From Chiloscyllium plagiosum (Eukaryota), in NCBI RefSeq assembly GCF_004010195.1, contig NC_057720.1, forward strand, positions 22,866,567 to 22,930,566: DNA of 64,000 nt, in the 5' to 3' direction. Shown in pieces: positions 11,730 through 24,744 of this stretch. A program made the position numbers and the translations under genes. The notes below the pieces were generated by a model. It saw only the letters and a program-made list of their open reading frames with translations, was not told the origin of the DNA and did not search any database. Position 1 is the first letter of the stretch. Each line of letters starts with the position of its first letter.

Positions 11730-12365
11730 ATAGAATAGAATAGCCTTTGTTGTCACATGCACTCGAATGAGTGCAGTGAAAGGTTTGCAATGTCGCCATT
11801 TTGGCACCATCTTAGGTACAAAGTACCTCGGTACAGCTACTTTAAGTGTTTGTTTCAGAATTGAAAGAGTGAAAAAAATAGTCTAGCTTAGGAATAAGGA
11901 GTTTTAAGAAGTACTTGAATTATTCAAAGTCCACAGTAAGAATAAAAGTTATCTTTGAGAAGTACTCAAATTATAGTCATTTTCACGGAGTCTGTGCTCA
12001 CCAGGCTTCAGAACACTAGGCCTCAGTGCCTCCACGTGCCAGGCTTAGGTTCAGACATACTCCAGGACCCGTCTCCCAGGCCATCCAGGTGATTGCCTCC
12101 CACTCCAGACTCCGGTCCACGACTCTCCTCCAGGATTTTCCTCCCAAATTGGGCTGGTCTCCAACTCGTCTCTTGTGCCAGCTGGACTTTGACTCACGTC
12201 CATTCTCCATTCCCTCCAGATAAGGTTAAGAAGTTAAATGTTGGGAGTGGCAGAGTTGGAGGTGGAGGGGTGGGAACAAAAAACTGCAAAAAGGAAGAAA
12301 AAGGAAAAGGAACTGGAGGAGCAGAGAAGCTCCAACCAGTTCATTCTACTCTGCCGCCATCTTGC
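11730..12365 (-). mobile_element. Non-coding retroelement with CAAGATGGCGGC 5' end and Rex1/Babar-like 3' tail
   Basis: Interrupts the LINE; 3' end TTTCACTGCACTC..GAGTGCATGTGACAACAAA plus (CTATT)n resembles 18384-18420. Confidence 0.6.
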
Positions 12366-12502
12366 ACCACATATGCAATGATCAGCGAACATTCCCTCTT
12401 CTGCCCTTAGGGTGGAGGGAAAATTATTTACAAAGCAGCTGAAGATGGTTGGGCCGAGGGCACTATCCTGAGGAATCCCTGCAGAGATTGTTTGGGCTTA
12501 AG

Positions 12503-13522
12503 TTGAAAGAAGATTGATGAGGGCAGAGTGGTAGATGTGATCTATATGGACTTCAGTAAGGCGTTCGACAAGGTTCCCCATGGGAGACTGGTTAACAAGG
12601 TTAGATCTCATGGAATAAAGGGAGAACTAGCCATTTGGATACAGAACTGGCTCAAACGTAGAACACAGAGGGTGGTGGTGGAGGGTTGTTTTTCAGACTG
12701 GAGGCCTGTGACCAGTGGAGTGCCACCAGGATCGGTGTTGGGTCCTCTACTTTTATTCATTTACATAAATGATTTGGATGCGAGCATAAGAGGTACAGTT
12801 NNNNNNNNNNNNNNNNNNNNNNNNNNNNNNNNNNNNNNNNNNNNNNNNNNNNNNNNNNNNNNNNNNNNNNNNNNNNNNNNNNNNNNNNNNNNNNNNNNNN
12901 NNNNNNNNNNNNNNNNNNNNNNNNNNNNNNNNNNNNNNNNNNNNNNNNNNNNNNNNNNNNNNNNNNNNNNNNNNNNNNNNNNNNNNNNNNNNNNNNNNNN
13001 NNNNNNNNNNNNNNNNNNNNNNNNNNNNNNNNNNNNNNNNNNNNNNNNNNNNNNNNNNNNNNNNNNNNNNNNNNNNNNNNNNNNNNNNNNNNNNNNNNNN
13101 NNNNNNNNNNNNNNNNNNNNNNNNNNNNNNNNNNNNNNNNNNNNNNNNNNNNNNNNNNNNNNNNNNNNNNNNNNNNNNNNNNNNNNNNNNNNNNGACAAA
13201 GTCTTTTCCCTGGGGTCAGAGAGTCCAGAACTAGAGGGCATAGGTTTAGGGTGAGAGGGGAAAGATATAAAAGAGACCTAAGGAGCAACTTTTTCACGTA
13301 GAGGGTGGTACATGTATGGAATGAGCTGCCAGAGGAAGTCGTGGAGGCTGGTACAATACAACATTTAAGAGGCATTTGGATGGGTATATGAATAGGAAGG
13401 GTTTGGACCGGGTGCTGGCAGGTGGGACTAGATTGGGTTGGGATGTCTGGTCAGCATGGACAGGTTGGACCGAATGGTCTGTTTCCATGCTGTGCATCTC
13501 TGTGACTCTATGACTCTATGAC
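12503..13522 (+). mobile_element. Young 5'-truncated CR1 LINE (RT), spans gap 12801-13194
   Basis: VDVIYMDFSKAFDKVPH..SGVPPGSVLGPLL.IYINDL; (TATGACTC)n tail. Confidence 0.95.
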
Positions 13523-14534
13523 TGACCTTCAGCAACCAAAACCATGTTCTTATGTGCCAGGTATGACCCCAACCAATGGAGAGCTTTCTCCTTGATATTC
13601 CCATTGATTCCACTTTTGCCTGGGGTCCTTGAAGCTATACTCAATCAAATGTGCCCTTAATGGCAAGGGCTGTCACTCTCACCCCACCCCATCCCATCAT
13701 GCTTTGTGTATGTTCCCTATCGTTGCCCTAACATCCAGCAGATCTATTATCCCAACCACATTCCAGTTGCAGCTGGAAGACAACAAGTGATGGCAGGGAA
13801 TGCAACTCACAATGGATACTCCCAATAGCATGTGACCCTCCTGAACCCCCATTTTGCCTCTTGCTTCACAACATTTCCACCTATCCCCCACTGTGTTGAG
13901 ACCTATAAAATTGAACTTTGCATCTGACTGTCCTCTTTGCTTCTTGATCCCAATATTACACCTTAATGATACTTACCTTGATCCTTTACACTCACCCTGT
14001 GGAGACCACAGTGATGGTCACTGCCAATAACCCTCCCCCAATTCCTACAATCTACCTTGTCCTCTGATGTTGTTCTACCTATCCTGGAAAAACAAAGGAG
14101 AATGAAAATGGCATATAGCCAACATCCGGTAAGCTGAAGAGGTGCCGAAAGTGTGCAGTGAATCGACAAAGTCATGACACTAAACGTAGCAGCACTGGGG
14201 AGAAACAGGAGTCAACTCAGTTGGACTACAAAGAATACACACATGTTACATGTGAATAATGACAGTGTGGAAGACAAATCATGCTAACAAACAACATACC
14301 AAAACTCAAGGAGCACACAAGCAGACACACAAGTTGAGAATAACCATGTGTGAGGACTAGATTTCTGGATGGTCATGCTGTCATAAAATCTAGAAGGATT
14401 GTCAAATCATCCACATAGTGTATAAGATCCTAGATTCTTAACCTCCCAAATTTTGTTTTCTTATTTCTGTGCAAGGGGTTTTGCAACCACTTTTTGTACA
14501 CATATTTTCACTCAGTGCAAGTAATTTTATCAAT

Positions 14535-17088
14535 AAATAATGGGACCGAGTACTGTTGCATTAAATAATGCAACCATGTACTGCTGCTTTAGAAAATGGG
14601 ATTGTGCACTGCTGCTTTAAATAATGGGATTGTGCACTGATGCTTTAAATAATGGGATCATGCACTGCTGCTTCACATAACGGGATCGTGCTTTGCTGCT
14701 TTAAATAATGGGATCGTGCACTGATGCTTTAAATAATGGGATCATGCACTGTTGTTTTAAATAATGAGATTGTATACTACTGCTTTAAATAATGGTATCA
14801 TTCATTGCTGCTTTAGATAATGGGAACGTGCACTGCTGCTTTAAATAATGGGATCATCCACTGCTGTTTTAAATGATGGGATCATGCACTGTTGTTTTAA
14901 ATAATGGGATCGGGTACTGCTGCTTTAGATAATGGGACTGCGTGCACCTGCTTTAAATAATGGGATTGTGCACTGCTGCTTCACATAACGGGATCTTGCA
15001 CTGCTGCTTTAAATAATGGGATCGTGTACTGATGCTTTAAATAATGGGATCATGCACTGCTGCTTTAAATATTGGGATCGTGCACTGATGCTTTATATAA
15101 TGGGATCGTGCACTGCTGCTCTAAATAATGAGATTGTATACTGCTGCTTTAAATAATGGTATCATTCATTGCTGCTTTAGATAATGGGAACGTGCACTGC
15201 TGCTTTAAATAATGGGACAGTGCACTGCTGCTTTAAATAATGGGATCGTGCACTGCTGCTTTAAATAATGGGAACGTGCACTGCTGCTTTAAATAATGGG
15301 ATCGTGCACTGCTGCTTTAAATAATGGGATCGTGCACTGATGCTTTAAATAATGGGATCGTGTACTGATGCTTTATATAATGGGATCGTGCACTGCTGCT
15401 CTAAATAATGAGATTGTATACTACTGCTTTAAATAATGGTATCATTCATTGCTGCTTTAGATAATGGGAACGTGCACTGCTGCTTTAAATAATGGGACAG
15501 TGTACTGCTGCTTTAAATAATGGGATCGTGCACTGCTGCTTTAAATAATGGGAACGTGCACTGCTGCTTTAAATAATGGGATCGTGCACTGATGCTTTAA
15601 ATAATGGGATCGTGCACTGATGCTTTAAATAATGGGATCCTGCACTGTTGTTTTAAATAATGGGATCATGCACTGATGCTTTAAATAATGGGATCATGTA
15701 CTGCTGCTTTAGATGATGGGACTGCGTGCACCTGCTTTAAATAATGGGATTGTGCACTGCTGCTTCACATAACGGGATCTTGCACTGCTGCTTTAAATAA
15801 TGGGATTGTGCACTGCTGCTTCACATAACGGGATCTTGCACTGCTGCTTTAAATAATGGGATCGTGTACTGATGCTTTAAATAATGGGATCATGCGCTAC
15901 TGCCTTAAATAATGGGATCGTGCACTGCTGCTTTAAATAATGGGATTGTGCACTGCTGCTTTAAATAATGGTATCATTCATTGCTGCTTTAGATAATGGG
16001 AACGTGCACTGCTGCTTTAAATAATGGGACAGTGTACTGCTGCTTTAAATAATGGGATCGTCCACTGCTGTTTTAAATGATGGGATTGTGTACTGTTGGT
16101 TTAAATAATAGGATCGTGTGCTGCTGCTTTAAATAATGGGTTCGTGTGCTGCTGCTTTAAATAATGGGATTGTGTACTGCTGCTTTAAATAATAGGATTG
16201 TGTACTGTTGCTTTACATAATGGGATCATGCATGACTGCTTTAAATAATGCAATCGCGTCCTGCTGCTTTAAATAACGTGATCGTGTACTGCTGATTTAA
16301 ATAATGCGATCATGTACTGCTGCTTTAAACAATGGGACTGTGTAGTGCTGCTTTAAATAATGGGATTGTGAATTGCTGCATTAAATAATGGGATCATGTA
16401 TTGCTGCATTAAATAATGGGATTCTGCACTGCTGCTTTATATAATGGAATCATGTACTGCTGCGTTAAATAATGGGATTCTGCACTGCTGCAGTAAATAC
16501 TGGGATTGTGTACTGTTAGTTTAAATAAAGGATTGTGCACTGCTGCTTTATATAATGGGACTGTGTACTCCTGATTTAAATAATGGGATTGCGCACTACT
16601 GCTTTAAATAATGGGACTGTGTCTTGCTGCTTTAAATAATGGGATCGTGTACTGCTGCTTTAAATATTAGGATCATGTACTGCTGTGTTATGTAATGGGA
16701 TCATGCACTGCTGCTTCAGATAATGGGACTGTGTACTGCTGCATTAAATAATGGGATCGTTCACTGCTGCGTTAAATAATGGGGCTGTGTACTCCTGATT
16801 TAAATGGGGCTGTGCACTGCTGCTTTAAATATAGGAACTGTGTCTTGCTGCTTTAAATAAAGCAGCAGTACACAATTGCATTAAATATTGGGATCATGTA
16901 CTGCTGCTTTAAATATTGGGATCATGTACTGCTGCTTTAAATAATGGGGCTGTGTACTGCTGCTCCAGATAATGGGGCTGTGTACTGCTGCTCCAGATAA
17001 TGGGATCGTGTACTGCTGCTCCAGATAATGGGGCTGTGTACTGCAGCATTAAATAATGGGATTGTGCACTACTGCTTTAGATAATTTG
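14535..17088. repeat. Minisatellite, 28-bp unit GGGATCGTGCACTGCTGCTTTAAATAAT, about 90 copies
   Basis: Head-to-tail units (for example starts at 15242 and 15270); no unique spacers. Confidence 0.97.
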
Positions 17089-17399
17089 CATTTCCTTATT
17101 TATAATACACTTAATGACAAGGTTTGATATATTTTGCACACTTATTGGCAACTACTGCTATCCTTAGACTTCCAAAGTGTTGCCTGCTTCCTGCACGCTG
17201 CAGAGAACTTGTCAAGGAAAAGAAACCGACTGTGTGGAGTTAAAATTCCACAGGATGTGAGGAAAAGCTGGATTTTTCACCATGTCCAATCAACATCTCC
17301 TGTCCCTCTGGTTTATGCAACCCATCCGTTAATACTTAGGTCTGTTGACTACCTAGTTTTATTTCAACAACAGTTCCATGAAAAATAATGCAGTCTGCC

Positions 17400-18445
17400 T
17401 CAATAGCTACTGGCTGGTGGCTCTGACCTCTGCAATTATGAAGTGCTTTGGGAGGTAAGTCATTGCTCACATCAACTCCAGCCTACTAAATTGCCTTGAT
17501 CCTTTGCAATTTACCTATCGGCACAATAGCTCCACAGCAGACACCATCTCCCTAATCTTACACCTATCCCTAGAATCTGGATAACAAGGATACCTACTTA
17601 TTATCAGGCTCCTACTTATTGACTACAGCTCCACCTTCTAGACTATAATTCTAAATAAACACATCTCTTAACTGAGACCCAGGTTTCAGCTGTGCCATCT
17701 GTAACTGGATCCTCAACTTCCTAATGCATAGACATCAAACAGCAAGAAGAGGCAACAACACTTGCTCCATGATAATCCTCAACACTGATGCCCTGCAAGG
17801 CGGCATATTCAGCCCCCGATTATACTGCTTATATACTCACAACGGTGTGGCCAAATTCCACTCGAACTCCATTTACAAGTTTGCTGATGACATTACTGTT
17901 GTCGGCAGCAGAATATGTCCACAAAGATATGTCCACAAAGACTCTTACCAAATTTTATAGAATGCTTTCTATGGTGCATCTATCTGGATGCATCACAGCG
18001 TGGTGCTCTTCCTAAGACCACAAGAAACTACAGTCATTAATCCAGCCCAGACCATCACACAAACTCACCTTGCATCTATTGACTCCATCTATACTTCCTG
18101 CTGCCTCAACAGAGTAATCAACATAATCAAAGACCCCTTCCACCCCAGTTATACTCTCTTCCAACTTCTTCCGTCAGGCAGAAGATATAAAAGTTTAAAT
18201 ATGCATACGAAAAGATTCAAGAACAGCTTTTTCCCTGCTGTTATCAGACTTTTGAAAGGACCTCTCATATGTTAATGTTGGTCTCTGTCTCTCTGCACCT
18301 TCTGTGGGTGTACTCTGCACTGTTCTGCTACCCTGATGCACTTTCTTGGGTACAATCTGTCTGTATAGCATGCAAAGCAACTCTTTTCATTGTATCTTGG
18401 TATGTGACAGCAATAAATCAAACTCAAACTCAAATTTAAACTCAA
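17400..18445 (+). mobile_element. Decayed Rex1/Babar-type LINE 3' fragment
   Basis: VALTSAIMKCF..LDPLQFTYRHNSSTAD..IYKFADD..LPSGRRYKS..RFKNSFFPAVIRLL; AATAAA plus (TCAAAC)n tail. Confidence 0.85.
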
Positions 18446-18679
18446 ATATCATGGTTTACTTGAGCCTGTATATGTAACAATGAAGAATATTTCATAAACC
18501 TACTCAATTATATTTGATAAAATCTCTCATATCTCAATATAAATTCATTTCTGCTAAACCCTCTGAACATAGATTTTTTTTTTTGAAATGCTATCATTTT
18601 TGAGCATTTACCAGTGTTGCATCCGAACTTTCTTGTCTTTATATGCATAATTTATTTTCTTTGTATAATGTTATAACAT

Positions 18680-19365
18680 GTGTTAGAAACTCTCTTTTAA
18701 TTTAAAATAGCCACACAGGAAAGTTCATTTTGCACCATAACCTGTTAATTTTGAGTAGCAAAGAACTATCCCAAATAACACTATTTAAAGAAAAAAAATT
18801 AACAATTTTATTTTTAAGTCCAAAAGAGAACATTAGAGAACAACTATTTACAACTCCTTTGTCTTAAACCTATCGTTTATCTCTCACCTCAAATAAATTC
18901 CCTCTAAGTGTACGGCAAAATCAATTTCAAACCTAGTTATCATCTTTAGATGTCAAACATTCTCTGCAGATTTCTCCAGATCAGCTTCAGTATTCTGCTG
19001 CACAAATGTTTTATGGACAGATACCTTTCAGAGAGCTATTCTGCTGGCAGTGGTGGCTTGCTTGGCTGCTCTTTACTATTCTCTCCAACTGTTCAAAATA
19101 CCTGATTTTATATACACCAAAACATCATTGATTTGATGTCATCAAAACATTAAAATTCAAATTTGATTGGATTTTGGTATCTTGGGGCATAATGTAAACT
19201 GGCTGAAATTGAATTTGTTGTGTACCATGGCAATGGAGCTCCAGCTATTTGTTTCACAACCAACTGTTACATTTTAAATTGTTCAGCACACTGGGTACTT
19301 TCTGTCAGTCCTTGCCAGCTTTCACTCATTCTTATAGTTACAGTACACACCTACACCTTCACAAC
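18680..19365. mobile_element. Possible solo LTR
   Basis: Block of about 685 bp starting TGTT and ending CA; no convincing TSD and no second copy in the window. Confidence 0.25.
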
Positions 19366-19529
19366 AATAAAGTAATTTTGTTTGTTTTAAAGAATTCACT
19401 TCAGATTTATTCAATTTTATTTGCATTAATTAACTTCATTTGAAATAAATAAATGTATTGAATTACCAATAAATAAATTTCTTGTAAAGTTAACCACTGA
19501 TAATGAATAACTGAGAATAATTAACAATG

Positions 19530-19728
19530 CTAAATACAGAGAATGTTGGAGAAAACCAATTAATGTTTTGGGTCCAGTATGACTCTTCAGTACTGAAGAA
19601 GAGTCACTTGAACTGAAATGTTAACTCTGTTTCTCTATCCACAGATGCTGCCAGACCTGCTGAATTTCTCCATTTTATTCTGTGTTTGCTTCAGATTTCC
19701 AGAATCCACAGCATTCTGCTTTTATTTG
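19530..19728 (+). mobile_element. Older fold-back hammerhead element, family D
   Basis: Centre TCTTCAGTACTGAAGA; CTGAAGAAGAGTCACTTGAACTGAAATGTTAAC at 19593-19625. Confidence 0.7.
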
Positions 19729-21109
19729 AACTATCACCAGTAGTTTCATTCCATTCGGGTTGCAAAAAACACAAGCATTTTTATTTGCTTAGATAGGACA
19801 ACAGTCACTAATCCACATAACAATGTACTGTTATTCTAGTATGGAGCTGGAGGCAATAGTAAGCTGAAGAAATCCCTCACAAATTTGATATTATTGGTTT
19901 TTTTTTAAAGCAGTAAAAGACTTTGGGATGTTTCATTGAGTTTCAGATTTCTTGTGGACCAACCCAATTAATGTTAAGGATTTGCCTATCCATCCTGCTT
20001 TGCATTCTGTCTAAAATTCACCTTCAGCCACTTTGGGGACAATAATACCAGACCAAGAGAACCAAGCCTTCTCTCTTATTCTGGCTTTTACTGTAATGAC
20101 AGTTCTTTAAACTCTGCATTTAGCATAAGCACAATGGTATTAAGCTTGTAGGAGAAAATGCATATCTTCTCAATTTGAAATCATAAAAATCATATAATGA
20201 AAAATTATTGTGACTGACAATTCAAGGTCAGAAAGGAGATTTCGATTAAAAAACGATAATGTAAATGCTAGCATAAATGTAAAAGAGTCCAGTTTCTGCT
20301 GATAACATTGAAACGGATAACTTGTGGTTTTCATCAGCTGCCACATTCACTTCAAAACATTGACTATGAAAACTTTTTGGTGTCTGTAGTGTGACCTGTA
20401 TATCTTAGTTCAATTACATCTATATATAAGGTTTTATGATTCAGTAAATCTGGGATCATACTACTGTGATAGATTAAAAGGTATTCAAGTAAAATCTGAA
20501 TTACTATTTGAATGTTTGACTTAAAGCTGCTGGAATATTAAACTAAGTATTAAAACTATTAATCAATTGTCTAGATCAATTTTTTGTGAACTGTTCAAGA
20601 AAATGCCAACTGCTGTTTCTGGAATATTCTGTAGCTATCTTATTTAAAGAAGGACAAAGAAACTCAAATACAATTGACATAAGACAAACGAAACATCCAG
20701 TTAGGCAAGATGTCGGAAACAATTGTAAATTATTACAAAGATGCAGACAGAACATTGCAAATAATTGTAGCATCTTTAGGAGTCAGACATCACATGTTTT
20801 CATGTCACACAAAATGACAGAGGAAATCAGGAACCAGATTTGTGTTCCTGATACTGACCAGTTCCAACAGGTTCAGAGGAATTGCAATCCCATCTAACTG
20901 CTAATGAAGACTAATTATTGCCATTTAAAGCTCAAGAATCATTTGAGTGGAGGAAGTGTGGAGCGGTTGTGGCCACCCTGAAGAATTAGCTGGGCCCCAT
21001 TAATGGCATGAAGAAGAGAGGGAGCTTCTCTACTAGAAAAGAGGTGCATAAAGTTTAAAAAAAATCGCACAATATCAAGTTATAGTCCAACAGGTTTAAT
21101 TGGAAGCAC

Positions 21110-21138
21110 TAGCTTTCGGAGCGCTGCTCCTTCATCAG
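21110..21138 (-). ncRNA. Minimal hammerhead ribozyme-like motif, family C
   Basis: Minus strand CTGATGA-A-GGAGC-AGC-GCTCC-GAAA-GC-TA: 5-bp stem II, CUA triplet. Activity untested. Confidence 0.75.
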
Positions 21139-21150
21139 GTAGTTGTCAAC

Positions 21151-21540
21151 CACCCAGGTAAATAGTGCGGTGAGGAAGGCATATGGCGTACTGGCTTTTA
21201 TTGGTAGAGGAATTGAGTTCCGGAGTCCTGAGGTCATGATGCAGTTGTATAAGACTCTGGTGCAGCCGCATCTGGAATATTGTGTGCAGTTTTGGTCGCC
21301 ATACTATAGGAAGGATGTGGAGGCACTGGAACGGGTGCAGAGGAGGTTTACCAGGTAAGTTCATGGAATGCCCTGGCAGTAGCAGTGGTGGACTCTCCCT
21401 CTTTATGGGCATTTAAGCGGGCATTGGATAGGTATATGGAGGATAGTGGGTTAGTATAGGTTAGGTGGGCTTGGATCGGCGCAACATCGAGGGCCAAAGG
21501 GCCTGTACTGCGCTGTATTCTTCTATTCTTCTATGTTCTA
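21151..21540 (+). mobile_element. Internally deleted CR1 3' fragment
   Basis: LYKTLVQPHLEYCVQFWSP..VQRRFTR then jumps to WNALA..FKRALD; (TTCTA)n-type tail; AACCACCC on both sides. Confidence 0.9.
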
Positions 21541-23079
21541 ACCACCCGATGAAGGAGCAGTGCTCCCATAGCTAGTGCTTCCAATTAAACCTGTTGGACT
21601 ATAAGTTGGTATTGTGATTTTTTTTTTTAACTTTTATACACCCCAGTCTAACACTGGCATCTCCAAATCATGACTACCATAGAAAAGAAGTGATATTGTC
21701 AAGGACATGTGGAGAAGGGTAGAAACCTCACCTCAATTTAATTCAGGTTTTTGAAGAAGTGAGTAAAGAGCAGATGATGATGGTCCTGTATATGTTATTG
21801 ACTTTTCGTTTCAAATTATTTTTCATACCAATGCATTGCAAGAAAATGAAAGAAGAAATTCATCAATCCAAAGCTTTCAGTAGGTAGCTGAACTCAAAGG
21901 TACTGCAGGTTGAAGATAGGCTTACAATACTGTGGCATTGATTCTACTTCTTCTAGCTTTCAAGTACCGAATTGATTACATAATTGGTGAAATAGAAGAA
22001 TAGATTGGTCTTGGTTGTAATTGTATGACCATGGATCCATTATTAGAGGAAATGTTCAAATAGGATTTAGTGATAATTTAAATTTCTTGGAGCTGTATTG
22101 AGTCCTTCAATGCTAAATATTTTTATAAATGACATTATGAAAGGCTGGAATAACAATGCTCTTAAATTCTCAAATGACATATAAATCAATGAGCAATGTT
22201 ACATAAACTCAACTCTTTTCACAGTTTAAGTCTTTGAATAAATTTAATCTTCAAAGCCCATCATCAGGTTTTTTGATACAGAATTGACTTAATGATATAC
22301 TACCATTTTTCCTGCTCTCTATGTTCCTACATTCACTTCTTACTCAGCATGGACTCTGTTATATAATAGCAAAGTTTTTTGATAGGATTTGCAGTGTTCC
22401 CCTTCTATAACTCTTCCTTTTCTTTTAAAATTACACCAACCTCCATTATGTGATCATGGGGGTTATTTTAATCAGATTGTGACACCAATTTGAATTTTCT
22501 AACTGGCCTGTGAGATGTAATATGAGACAAAGTTTCTGATGGATATGCATGATATACTGTCTGAACTTCCAGAAATTATTATTCATTATCTATATTGGGT
22601 TATTTAAATGACCAGTTAATGTTGTGAATATGAAAACAAGGCCTCCATTGTTCATATAAGTCATATACAATTGGATTAAACTAACTGCTGGTATCAATTG
22701 ATCACTGTAATTGACCTCTGCTTGTCAGACATCCAGTACCTGATGAGCAGGAACTTTCTGCAAAAATGTCAAGCTCAGCGTGAAAAAGCATTTTGTTGAT
22801 TTGACTTTGTCCTGTGGTCAAAGCCTCATAATGAACCTTGGGTGTCTTTGCAGGAGGTGTTCTAAAGTTTCGATACAGCACCTGTAGCACAGCCAAAATT
22901 CTGAGAAGCAAGAGGGTAGTAAGGGAAGGGCATAGAGTTTAATTTTCTTCAGCTCAATATCAGACACAATCATGCTGTGGGTAGTAGTTAGAACTTTTTT
23001 GGATGGGGGCATGGTATTTTTCAGCAATATTGAGGTTTAGTACGACAAATTTTCTATAAGCTTGAGAATTGCATCATTG

Positions 23080-24740
23080 TTATTCTGCCTGGTGCTTCAT
23101 AGTGTGTGCCTGATTCTGATTGTAACATATACTTGATCAAAGTCATTTATAATTATCATGAATAGCAAGGGACCCAGTGTTGTTCCCTGTAGAACTTCAC
23201 TACCAATGTTAGGCTGACTTACTTGTAATGACTGAGACTATCACTTTCATCTCCCCTTTTAGAAAATAGGTACAAAGTTTTAACAGTTCTCCAGATCTCC
23301 AAAGATGTTTGGTAAATCATTAGAAATTTGACGTTCTTTCCTTGTTTCCCTTAGCAGTATGGATATGTTATCTCCTGCCCTAGTGATTTTACTGTGCTCA
23401 AAGATGGTGAACTCTTTATACTTCCCCCTTTGCTATTTTCATCCCATCTAAAACTTTACATTTCTCCTCAACTACAATGTCTGCTTTGTCCCTTCCATTT
23501 GTGAAAACCTTTGTTAGACGATATTTTGAGTAATGGGACAAGTTCTGATCTCCATATTATAAAAAGGACAAAAGATCAATGGGAGAATGTAAAAACTATG
23601 AGCAGGAGTAAGCGATTCAGTTGCTCAAGCCTGCTCTAACATTTGATTGTGGTCATTTTCATCTCAGCCTTAACTCCACTTTTCTGTTCAGTCTCCATAA
23701 CCCTTCAACTAAGTAAAAATCTGTCTGTCTCCTCCTTAAATTTACTTAATGTCTCAGTGTCCACTACAATTTGGGGTAGTGAATTCCAGGTTCACCACAC
23801 TTTGAGAGAAGTAATTTCTTCACATCTGCTTTAAATCTGCTACCCCTTATCAGAAAACAATGACCTTGCATTCTAGTTTTCCCCACACAAGTAAGAATCC
23901 TTTCTATGTTGCCTTTATCAATCCCATTTAGCATCTTATGTACCTCAATTAGATTTCCTCTGCTCTTTTTAAACTGCAGGATGTATTGTCTTAAACTACT
24001 CAATCTCTCATCATAAGACAAATTCCTCATCTCTGGAATTGATCCAGTTAACCTCCTCTGAGCTGCCTCCAATGGAACTACGTCCTTCTTCAAGTTAGGG
24101 GACCAGAATTTTGTGCAACATTTCCAGCAGGGTTTCACTGATGCTTTGTTCATTTGCAGCAACATTTCCCTGCTTTTACACTTTTTTTAGCAATAAATGC
24201 CAAAATTCCATTTTGGTACTGATAAGATTCATTAGAATGATACCAGTGTCAGAGTCATCCAGCACGGAAACAGACCCTTTGGTTCAACCAGTCCATGTCA
24301 ATCGGAATTCCAAACAAACCTCATCCCACCTGCTGGTTCCTGGCTTATGTCCTCCAAACCTTTCCTATTTAGAACTGAGAAGTTATGCAAATTAAAAAAA
24401 GATTGAACTGGTTGGGACTTTGTCCTGTGGAAAAGAGAAGACTGAGGGGTAACCTGTGAAAGATCTGATCTGGTAGTTCATAGGGACAGTGTTTCATTTG
24501 AGGGGCATTGATTATTGCCTGTAAACATAAAATAGCTACTACAAATATCAGGATTGGGTTCAGTAGAAATGCCTTTGCCCAGGAAGTGGCTAAAAGGAAA
24601 ATCTTATCACAGGGAAAATATTAACATGGATGCACTCAAAAGGGAAGCTAAATAAACACATGGTAGAATGAAATAGACGGATATGTTGAGGGGTAAGAGG
24701 AGATTTCCCAGGAACATAAAAACTAGAAATGGGCCAATTG
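23080..24740. mobile_element. Cluster of decayed CR1 fragments (- 23080-23520, - 23590-24220, - 24250-24365, + 24370-24740)
   Basis: ORF 23764-24165 FWSPNLKKD..LEAAQRRLT..RGNLIEVHKM. Confidence 0.7.
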
Positions 24741-24744
24741 AGAG

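Larger units (their letters stand above)
10785..13690 (-). mobile_element. Decayed L2/CR1-group LINE, interrupted by three younger insertions
   Basis: Colinear with 36960-38250 (GAAGGTGGTGGTGAGCTGCCTT..., AAGCAGCTGAAGATG...). Confidence 0.7.
21050..21679 (+). mobile_element. Fold-back hammerhead element, family C, with a CR1 fragment at its centre
   Basis: Arms about 21050-21145 and 21541-21633 are reverse complements; TSD TAGAAAAGA(G/A)GTG at 21034-21046 and 21680-21692. Confidence 0.85.

Noticed and set aside
12528..13375. Long ORFs of 162-257 aa
   Set aside because: Length comes from reading through N; the real parts are CR1 RT.
14535..17088. CRISPR-like array of 28-bp repeats
   Set aside because: Units abut with no unique spacers, there are no cas genes, and the context is vertebrate.
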